A stretch of 64,000 nucleotides of DNA from Mobula hypostoma (Eukaryota), in the NCBI RefSeq assembly GCF_963921235.1, contig NC_086109.1, positions 12,028,001 to 12,092,000 on the forward strand. Direction: 5' to 3'. The notes beneath the pieces are model-generated. The model saw only the letters and a list, made by a program, of their open reading frames with translations. It was not told where the DNA came from and did not search any database. The position numbers and the translations under genes are program-made. Below are positions 12,790 to 23,826 of the stretch, piece after piece; the stretch's first letter is position 1, and each line of letters begins with the position of its first letter.

Positions 12790-13900
12790 ACTTGACCTTT
12801 GCAATTCACAACAGGGTACAACTCACACATTTTAGTGGTGTGATCAATCGAGTCGAGTAAGGTGTTCTCCAAAGGGGTTGTCTGCTTGTGAGTCCTCAGG
12901 TGGATGTAGAGGCCAATCTGGGATGCATACTATATGTTCTGGTGCACGTGGGCAAGACTAAGAGGTTCCTATGGGTAGTTGCTGGGTCTTGTGGTTGTTC
13001 GTTCCCTCCTTTTGCAGCTGCAGCTTGTTCTCTGCAGCACCACGGAGGTTACTGTCATATAATGCATCTCCCTCTTGAACAGATTTCTCCTAGTGCATCT
13101 ATTGAATGCAATATCTACCCAGTTTTTAGATGTAATCCTGAATTTCTTCAGGCTGATTTCGATATTATCTTTGAAGCTGACATTCCTTCAATCGGGAGTA
13201 AAGGATCTGTTTGGGGAGATGTGAGTTAGGCATCCACATAACATGACCTATCTATCTAGTTGGTGTTCCTTTATTGTAGTGGAGATGCTGTTCATGTTAG
13301 CCTCCTCTGGTACACTGGTGTTAGTGTGTCTGTCCTTCCAGCTGATCCTCAAAACCTGTCATAAGGTTCTTTGGTGGTATTGCTCCAGGACTTTCAGCTG
13401 TCTACTGTAGGTGGTCCATGATTCAGCTCCATACAGTAATGTAGGAAGGTAGAATGCTCTATTGAACAAAAGTTTTGTTTAGACCTGTTTGTCACGTTTT
13501 TCAAAGACCCTTTTCCTTAATCTTCGATAGGCTCAGATAGCATGGCTCAGGCACAGGTTGATCTCTGAGTCAATGTCTGCTTTTGTGGAAAGAATGCTGC
13601 CAAGTTAGGGAAAGTGATCTATATTTTCAAGGGTGATATCATCAACTTTTATGGAGGGTTGGATAAATGGTGGCGGCTGGTATAGGACCTGTGTATTTTT
13701 TCATATTCAAAACAAGATTCAGGGCCCTATATGCCTTGGCAATGGCATTCAGGATGCATTGGAAGTCTTCTTCAGAGTGTGTTGTGATGGTGCTGTCTTC
13801 CACATACTGAAGCTTCATGATAGTAATGGTGCTGACATTGTTCTTGGCCTGGAACCGGTTCAGGTTGAAAAGTCTGTTGTCCATGATTGGGATTCACTGT
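12790..13900 (-). mobile_element. RTE/BovB-like LINE 3' fragment
   Basis: ORF 13642-13884 DNRLFNLNRFQAKNNVSTITIMKLQYVEDSTITTHSEEDFQCILNA plus downstream RTE remnants. Confidence 0.75.
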
Positions 13901-14990
13901 GGCAGATCTTGGCCAATGATCTTGGCATTCAGGATGAGGTAGTAATTTGGGTGAGACATTGGCTCTGTAGCAGAAGCCTGAGAGTGGTAGTAGATGTTTG
14001 CCTCTCTGACTGGAGGCCTGTGACATGTGCTGTGCCACAGGGATTGGTGCTGGGTCCTTTGTTGTTTGTCATCTATATCAATGATTTGGATGATAATATG
14101 GCTAACTGCGTCAGCAAATTTACAGATGACACCAAGATTGGGGATGTGGTGGACAGTGAGAGATTTGCATCAGCTGGATAAATGGGCTGAAAAATGGCCG
14201 ATGGAATTAAGTGCAGGCAAGTGGGAGGTTTTGCACTTCAGAAGGACCAACCAGGGTAGGTCCTACACAGTGAACGGTAGGGCACTAGGGAGTTATGGTG
14301 GAACCAAAGAATCTGGGAATACAGGACAATAATTCATTGAAGGTGGCTTCAAAGGTTGCTGGGGTCATAAGAAAGCTTTTGACACATTGGCCTTCATGAA
14401 CCAAAAAAGAAACAAACTATGGAGTACAGGAGATGGGATGTTATGCTGAATTTGTATCAGACATTGATAAGGCATAATCTGGATTATTGTGTGCATCTTT
14501 GGTCACCTACCTCCAGGAAAGATATAAATAAATTTGAAAGAGTATGATGAAAATTGACACGGATGTTGCCAGCTCTGGAGATCCTGAGCTATATGGAAAA
14601 ATTGAATAGGTTCAGACTTTATTCCTTGGAATGGAGAAGACTGAGAAGAAATTTGATAGAGGTATACAGAGTTATGCGGGGTAAAGTTATGTAATATGCA
14701 AACAGGCTATTTCCACTGAGGTTGGGTGGGACTACAACTAGAGGCCATAGGATATGGGTTAAAGGTGAAAAGTTTGAGATGAAAAAGAGAGAAAACCCGT
14801 TCAGCCAGAAGGTCATGAAAGTGTGGAATGAACTGCAGTGCAAGTGGTGCATGCAAGATCAATTTCGACATTTAAGAGAAGTTTCAATAGGTACATGGAT
14901 GGGAGGAATATGGAGGGCTATGTTGCCAGTGCAAGTAGTTGGAAGTAGGCAACTTAAATGTCTTAGCATAGACTAGATGGGCCAAAGGGA
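13901..14990 (+). mobile_element. CR1 3' fragment joined to the RTE fragment
   Basis: [27 protein letters not shown]...KFTDDTKIG. Confidence 0.85.
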
Positions 14991-15633
14991 CTTTTCTATG
15001 ACTCGTTGACATGGTGGAGGGGTCAGCCAACAATCTGTCCAATCATGGCCTGTGTGATATATACACATGAAGGCAATCCCGAGGTCAGACAATGACATAG
15101 ACAATGAGATACCACTGTTAGATCAGGTATGCTGCCAAGATGCCTTGAATTTGTTTTTCTGGTGGAAGAGAGAGTTCGTGATGATAAGACTGTGCTCAGG
15201 ACATGTGGTGAGAAGTCGTCCATTTAATTTTATTCAGGACCCGGCATTACTTTCCATTGATCAGTGTCCTTTAGACCTTTGTACAGTGTCGATAATTGTG
15301 CTGAATGTGAATAAGATTGTGGTATTTCTCTGTGTAATAATATTCCTGAATATATGAGGAAAATGTGTGCCTGTTTGAAATTAAATCTGCAGATGATGGA
15401 AATACTCAACAGGTCAGCCAGCAACTACAAGGAGAATAACAAAGCTAATATTTCAGGTCAATATTTTTCAATAAAATCATTCTGATGGGATGTCATGATC
15501 TGAAGATTACTTGATTCCCTATCCAAATAGTTTCCAACCACTGACACTTTAAGGAAAATCTAGTACCCTGAATTCCTGAGTGAAATCATGTTCTAAAGTT
15601 CCACAAAGTGGGATGAATAATGAATACTTAATC

Positions 15634-15723
15634 TTAGCGCAAAACTTCCGCACGGTTGGTGAAATCTGGGATCCTTCTCTCTTTCTCTTGGACCAGGCGG
15701 TGAGGATCTGATTGATCAGATCT
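15634..15723 (-). CDS. Candidate terminal cytoplasmic exon ([29 protein letters not shown])
   Basis: Strong acceptor ttttgcttttatag; phase 0 matches the TM-exon donor; TAA at 15634-15636; minus-strand AATAAA at 15229-15234. There is no homology support. Confidence 0.5.
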   Translation of the reverse strand, partial: RSDQSDPHRLVQEKERRIPDFTNRAEVLR

Positions 15724-18700
15724 CTATAAAAGCAAAAGTGAAATTATCAGATTGATTGACACAGGGAACCATGCAATACTGCATGATTCTATGTGCCTGT
15801 GACTTTGCACTCATTGCACTGTTACAAACACATGCTTGTGCATTGGGCAGTAAAGTGCACTTTGACTTTGATTTACATTTCATGTGGGCACCTTGCAACA
15901 GAATTCTGTCTGAAACACAGTGTCCAATATATTTTCCTGTCGAGTACAGGACTTCATTCTACACATGGGCAGAGCGTGAAAGCCTCCTTACAGTATATCA
16001 TCTTCATGCAACTTTGTTTTGACAAAAGGTTAAACGTTCATATGTGAATGTTTTTTCCCTTTAAATGATCAGTATATTTGAATTAAATTGGAGTGAATGA
16101 GAATGAGAGGTATTGCACCTTGATAGAGGTGTAGTAGATGATAAGAGGCGTAAATCTAGTGCATAGCCAGAGACATTTTCCAAGGGCAGAAGTGTCTCAT
16201 ACGAGGGGGCATAATTTTAAGTTGATTGGAGGAACACATTGGGGAGACGTCAGAGGTAAGATTTTACGCAGAGGTTGTGGGTGCATGGAACGTCCTATCA
16301 GGTGTGGTGGTAGAGGCAGATACATTCGCAGCATTTAAGAAACTCTCAAAAAGATGCATGGATCACAGAGAAGTTGAAGCCCATATAAGAAGGAAAGGTT
16401 AGAGTAAGTTAAGAGGCCAGAACAACATCATAGACCAGATTCCATGTATTGTGCTGTAATGCTCTATGTTCTATGTTGTAATTCATGAAAACCATTCGGG
16501 AGCATCTACTGACCTGGACTTACCTTTTTATCTCTCGTGAACCATGTGACAGCGATAGTGCAGATCGCCAGCAGAGCAAAGAACAGCCAGCGTCCCACTT
16601 TCCATATCATGTAACTGAACAAAGGGGAAGAGATACAGAATCAGTGGGAGAAGAGGAAACACCTTTGTATTTCAAATATTTACCTCCTGGTTCCTCTGTG
16701 AAATCAGTGAAGTGGAGCAATAAAAGCAGCAAGGCCAGGGAAGTTCAGCTGGGAGATTAATTTTACGCTGGACTGAGGGAGGGAAGATAATCTATGATCA
16801 TCATTTGGAGATACAATTGCGGAAACACATACTGTATGCTGCGACAATAGATAATGTAGATAGATTTAGAAATGGCAAGGATCGAAATAATGAGGTTGGG
16901 TAACGATGAGCCTGGGGTTAATGTAATGTCATTGCATGGTACAATGATTTATAACAGTTAGCTATACCATTGTGGTTTAGTTCCTGCCACTATTTGTAAA
17001 GAGTTTGTACATTCTCTCTGAGACTGCATGAGGTTCCTCCGGGTGCTCCGGTTTCCTCCCATATTTTCAAGACATATGGTTGATGGTTAGTCGCTTGAGG
17101 GCATGCTATGTTGGCTCTGGAAGAATAGAAACACTAACAGACTGCCCAGCACAATCTTTGCTGGTTGGATTTGATGCAAAGTGATGCATTTGTCAGGAAA
17201 TGTAGATGAGGCTTGACCAAAATCAAGCAGCAGAGACAATTTTGCAGTAAATGCTACTCTACTAATAGACTGCAAAATAACAAGTCATGAGGTGCCATAA
17301 AACATGAAAGAGCGGAAAGTAAACACAACAAGCAAGCGAGGGATTGAAGGCTAGGAACAATTTGTTGAGGCCATCTGGTTTGATGAGTGAACAGGGACTG
17401 TGGATGAGAACTGGGTTAAATAGGCTGCAGGTAATGAGCCTAGAATGAGTGGCAGGTGAATTCTATTAGTTAGGTAAAGATTGGGAGGTTCCTGCATGTG
17501 CAGGCCTGACAGCATTTCAATGTATGTTTCAATGTACATGTGACAAATATAGACAAACTTGACAAAAGAGGACACAGCTCTTTGGAAGTTCGACAACGAA
17601 TCCTCGCAGACAGATTTTGTATGAAAGCTGATAAGTGATCCATAACTTATTGAAGAATGGAGTTGGGGAATGAAATACACAGACAAATAAGGATAATCAA
17701 AAAAAAAATCATAAAAGTAATCGGGGCATCTCAAAAAATCTCAGTATTCCTTGGGCACCATGCAGCGTAGTGGTTACCACGATGCTATTACAGCTTGAGG
17801 TGTCAAAGGTCAATTCTGATGTCTTTTGTGAGGGATCTCTATGTCCTCCCTGTGGAATGCATGGGTTTTCCCTCGGTGCTCTGGTTTCCGCCCAGAGTCT
17901 AGGGATGTATCAGTCAGTTCGTTAATTGGTCTTTGTAAATCATCCTGTGATTAGGCTTAGGTTAAATTGGGGGTCACTGGGTGGTGCAGTTCAAAGGGCT
18001 GGAAGGACCTATTCCACACTGTATCTCAGTAAATAGAATAAAGAAATAAATACAGTGGTAGGTCTGGAGATGGGGGAAGCAAGATCAATAATGTATAAGG
18101 GGCTCACTCGTAACACAATGGCTAAAGAGACCATGAAGGGAATTTGCAAATTTGAGCATTTAGAGCAAGGGTTCCAACCTTTTTTATGTCAGGACTAATA
18201 CCATTAAGGACTGGGGTCATGGACCCCAAGTTGTGAACTCCTGATTTAGAGGATAAATAACCCAGAACATGTAGGGAAGTTAAGATGAAGTGAGCTACAT
18301 AAAATGCATTTTATGATGATAATAGAGAAGGAAACAAATAAGAAGAAAATCAAATATGTAAGGGAAAAGCACATAGAACATAGAATAGTACAGCGAAGTA
18401 CAGGCTCTTCAGCCAAACATGTTTTATCAGCTCTTTAACCTATTCCAATATTAATCTAACCCTTCCCTCCCACATAGCCCTTCATATTTCTTACTTCATG
18501 TGCCTATCTTAAATCTTCCAAACGCACTTGTCTCTACCAGTACCCCAGCAGCACATTTCAAGCACTTGCCACTCTCTGTGTAACAGACCTTCCTCTGATA
18601 ACCCATTATACTTTTCCCGAGACCTAACAGTATGTCCACTTATATTAAAGCTCAAAGTTCAATGTAAACATATACCTCAGGCTATACAACATTGAGATTC

Positions 18701-21700
18701 ATTTTTCTTGCGGGCATAGTCAATAAATCTATAGAATAATAACCATAACAGAATCAATAAAAGACCACCAAACTTTGGTGTTCCACCAGGGTGCAGAGCA
18801 CAGCAAACTGTGCAAACACATAAAGAAAGAAATAATAATAAATATATTAGCAATAACAATCAAGAATATGAGATGATGAATCCTTGAAAGTGGGAACATT
18901 GCATGCAGAAAAAACTCAAGTATCGATACTATTCAATTTACTAATGCCTCCTATCATCTTATACACCTCTATCAAGTCACCTCTTAACCTCCTTATGTCC
19001 AAAGATAAAATTCCTAGCTCACTCATCCCATCCTCATAAAACATGTTGTCTATACTAGGCAGCTTCCTGGTAAATCTCTTCTAAAGCTTTTCCATCTTTC
19101 CTATATGGAGTGATTCGAACTGAAGACAATACTTCAAGTGTGGACGAACCAGAGTTTTATAGAGCTGCAACAATTACCTCAAGCCTCTTAAATTAACTTA
19201 TATGACTAATGAAAGCCAACACACAATGTTCTTTGTTAGCCACCCTATCAACCTGCATGGCAACATTCTGTTTATGTCTGGGGGCAAAGGTCTTTAGGCA
19301 TACCAAGACAAGATAGGGAGGCAAACGAAAGATTCTAGGGTGACATCTTCTATTGGACTGCCTGAGCCAAATTGTCTTTTTACTTTAACATATCTCCAAG
19401 GTAACCCCATTTTAATGCTGTGTAGTCCAGAGCAATAATACTGACCTCACCCATGCCCACTCCCCAGGAACATCTTTCCTGCAGATGCAGTGACCAGCAT
19501 TGTTACCTTAACCGACCATGAAATTTGCCATCAGGGTCACATCAGAGTTGGTCATGGCAAGGCAAAGCAGCATTGCTGAGATTTGACAAATACAACCGAC
19601 ATCAAGCCGTACATCCTCTTAGGGGTGGCAAAGGGAGGGATCTGCTCTTATTTCTCAACAAGCAAAGCAGCCTGATACAAATCCAGCACTCTCTCCATTT
19701 TGATAAGTGAGATTCTAAAATAACGCTGTCAACTTTCATGTTTAAATCAACACAAGATATTTACCTTGGAGCCTCAGGATTGAAATGTGTGAGAAAGAGC
19801 AGTGTATAGGCCTCTCCCATTATTTCAGTGTGTTTGAAGTCAATACTCTCACAGGTACAACGCCAGCAAAGAAAGGTGGGTGTACCACCCTCCTCCTGCC
19901 CCTCCCATTCCCCACCCTCCGCAAGCCAGCACCACCAATAACATCACATATCTCGTAGGGCAGTAGTGTCAATCAAAACATTGACAAATGAGAACATTGT
20001 ACCTTTTGGCAGAAATGGATTGTATGTTTTTTCTTCGAGTATCATTGAAATTCATTTCTGAAGTTTCAGAATGTGAAGTCCTCGCTGAATCTGTTACAGA
20101 AGTTTCAGAATGTGAAGTCCTCATTGATTCTGTTACAGAAGTTTCAGAAATGTATCCAGATTCTGTAGAGATAAGTCATAGTCATAGTCATAGTCAAAGT
20201 CATACTTTATTGATCCCGGGGGAAATTGTTTTTTGTTACAGTTGCACCATAAATAATTAAATAGTAATAACACCATAAATAGTTGAATAGTAATATGTAG
20301 ATTATCCCAGGAAATAAGTCCAGGACCAGCCTATTGGCTCAGGGTGTCTGACCCTTCAAGGGAGGAGTTGTAAAGTTTGATGGCCACAGGCAGGAATGAC
20401 TTCCTATGACGCTCTGTGCTGCATCTCGGAGGAATGAGTCTCAGGCTGAATGTACTCCTGTGCCCACCCAATACATTATGTAGTGGATGGGAGACATTGT
20501 CCAAGATGGCATGCAGCTTGGACAGCATCCTCTTTTCAGACACCACCGTCAGAGAGTCCAGTTCCATCCCCACAACATCACTGGCCTTACGAATGAGTTT
20601 GTTGATTCTGTTGGTGTCTGCTACCCTCAGCCTGCTGCCCCAGCACACAACAGCAAACATGATAGCACTGTTGATAAAATCCAGTTTCAACAGCTTCCCT
20701 GTGCAAGTAGATGAGAAGATAGCTTGCAGAATAATGACAGCAGGTTGTGTGTTTGGATTTCCAGAAAGCATTTGATAAGGTCCTACACATGTCAGATTAA
20801 AAATTAGAGAACTAATATGGATAGAGAACCAGTTGGCAGACAGAATTCAGACAGCAGGAATGAAGAGCTCTGCTTTTGACTGGCAGTGAGTTTATAGAGG
20901 GAAACTGTTGTATTCAGTGTTATAAACCCAATCATCTCATTGTATATCAATAACATAGTCCAGAGGAATTAAATGCAATATATCAAGTTTGCAGAGGGCA
21001 CAAAGTCAGGTGACAATGTGTACTGTGAGGAGTTTCTTAAGCTTGATTTGGACTGGTTCAGAGAATCAGCAAATGAATGGCAGATGCATCATTCTGTAGA
21101 CAAATGTGAAGTGATCCACTTCAGTGTGAGCAGTCTTAGTTCAAAGATTTCTGCTTATTTTAGAGTAAAAAAACATACAAATATTCATCAATCTACAAAC
21201 GTAAATAAAGAGCTGAGAAATGATGCTAAAGGGAAATCAATGCTAAAGGATGTAATGTAAAGGAATAAAAAGAAATGAAACATAGTGCTTCTGAAAAATC
21301 CATCACTTTTATCGATGAGATAAAGAAAATTTCTTAGATAGTGATTAATTAATTGATAATTAAAACAATTACATCATGTGGGTAATGTGCTAAATCTTAG
21401 CCAATGAAAAATGACAGAAGTGATAAACTATTTGTTTAGTTGCTATACCTCTTTCTGCCAGTGAGATTGCCAGTATTTGCTCTGATGGTCAGATATCTGT
21501 CACATGTTTGGAGGGTCTTGAGAGAAAGTGTTTGGTTTCTGTGACCTGCTTCAGCAAGGGAGTACTTTGGTGCTGCTGTTTGCATGGAGGCAGTGGGTGA
21601 AGCCCAGAAGTCTCAGGAAGGTGGATGTCCACACAAAGGAGCTGGAGGAACTCAGCAGGTCAGGCAACATCTCTGGGGGAAAATGCACGTGTGATGTTTC

Positions 21701-23776
21701 TGACTGAGATGCTTCACCAGGACTGGAAAGAATGAGGGGCGAGGATTGAATAAAAGGGTGGGGAGAGGAGGAGGAGCATAAGCTGACAGCTGATAGCTGA
21801 ATCTAGGTGAGAGGAGGAAGGCAGGAAGGTGGGATGGAGCAAAAAAGAGTATGATAAATTGGGAGGTGATAGGCGGAAGAGGCAAAAGGTTAAAGAAGGA
21901 GGAATCTGTTTGGAAAGGACAGTAGACTATGGAATAGAATAAGTAGGTGGGGCACTAGAGGGAGAAAGTGTGGGCACAAGGGCAGTGGAGGGGAATGACA
22001 AGGAGTAAAAGGGCAAGATGGATAAAGGAAAACAAAAGGATTCTGATGGGACAAGATCTCATCAGATTTCACTTAATCTGATTCCCACCGGTAATAGGTG
22101 GATGAAGAGGCTGGATGTTTCGGAGTGGATGGTCAGTGGGTTCTGGGGGTGGGGGCTCAGAGCACATTTATGGGGATACAGGTGGGGGTGCGGGTTAGGA
22201 GGGACTGATTGAGATAGGCCAGGGATTGGACTGGCCTGCTTTGGAAGAACTGAATGCAGTCTGTTGAGCTCTGGGAAATGATTCCCTTTTTATGGTTTTC
22301 CGGTACTTAGCCCATGAGCAACAGGATTCTCGCTGATCTGTTATGGCTGGATTATTAGTTTTACTCTGAATGCAAACCTCTGATAGGGTGACATTCCATA
22401 TGTTTCTGAGGCAGGAAAATTGTGCTGATCCTCCCAATAGAAATTGGTGTCCATCAGTGGGTCAGACCCCACACTGGGTGATTCCCTGATTCCTGTTCAC
22501 TCCTCACAAGACTCTGCACTGCAGTGGTCCCTCGGGATGTGGGAGCTGTCGTAACCCTTCACAGTGAAGACACTGAGCAGATATTTATGTGGGGGCAGAA
22601 AGTAAATCCGTGGTAAATGTACCAACAGATTCCTGTAGATATAGGCGGAACATTGGACAGTGACCATGAATTGGGTGAGATGAACATGAGTTGGGTTTCC
22701 TGACTCCTGACAACTCATCGTAAGGCTCTGCCCTGTTGCTGAGCCTCAGGATATCAATGCTACCCTGAACATTCCCAGAGAAAACTTGGATCAGACATTT
22801 CAGAGGAGACATAAAATCAGTCACTGCACAACATACCGTCAGATACTTGCAGATGTACGTTAAGCATTGGATCATAACCTGATGTTGCAATTGCACAGCT
22901 GTACCATCCTGTATCTTCAGAGCGAAGATCCACCATTGTAACTGTAAATATCCTCCGTTCCGGGTTATCTGTGATTGATACTCGTCCACGCTGTCCGTGA
23001 TGCCCATTTGTTTCCACTAAAACTGAACAATGACGACTCCATCCATGGCACCAATACTTTGTGTGTGAGCTGTACATTGCTTCATAGTGACAATCGATTG
23101 TGATCGCTCTTCCCACAACTCCTGTTACACTTTTCTCTGCCCACAATGCACCTGAAACTGAAGAGAACATGTTTCCGTAAATCAGAATCAGGTGTAATAT
23201 GAACAGCACATGTTGTGAAATTTGTTAATTTGTGGCAGTACTACAATGCAATACAGGATAATATAGAACCAAAAACTGTCCATTGCAGTATTTATACACG
23301 AGGGCTGATTGATAAGTTCATGGCCTGGGGTAGAAGGAGATGAGCTATTAACTTCAAACTTTCCGCGTTATCAGTCAAAGAGTTGAACTGCACGTGCATG
23401 TAACGAGAGTGTCTTGGACCTCCAGGTGGTCCAGAGCAGGGGTGATTGATACGTTTGTGGCCTAAGGTAGAGGGAGATGAGTTATACAGCTCTCGTTACA
23501 TGCAAGTGCAGTTCAACTCTTTGAGTGAAAATGCAGAAGGTTTGAAGTTAATAACTCATCTCCTTCTACCCTAGGCCACAAACGTATCAATCACCCCTGC
23601 TGTGGGCTACTTTCTGGAGGTCCAAGACACCGACTTCTATAAAGAAGGGATCCTATGCTCCACGACTGCTGGACTAAGTGTGTAAATGTAGGAGGGGACA
23701 ATGTTGAAAAATAAATGTGCTAGGTTTTCTAAAATTGACTCCTTCTACCTTAGGCCACAAACTTATCAATCATTCC

Positions 23777-23826
<50 letters not shown>

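Larger units (their letters stand above)
11119..23160. repeat. Segmental duplicate (copy 1) of 120-7135 (copy 2)
   Basis: Colinear blocks: 11119-11820 vs 120-1760; 13440-14958 vs 1965-3348; 18650-20170 vs 3350-4370; 20690-21130 vs 4420-4870; 22740-23160 vs 6720-7135. The copies share TE-to-TE junctions. Confidence 0.88.
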
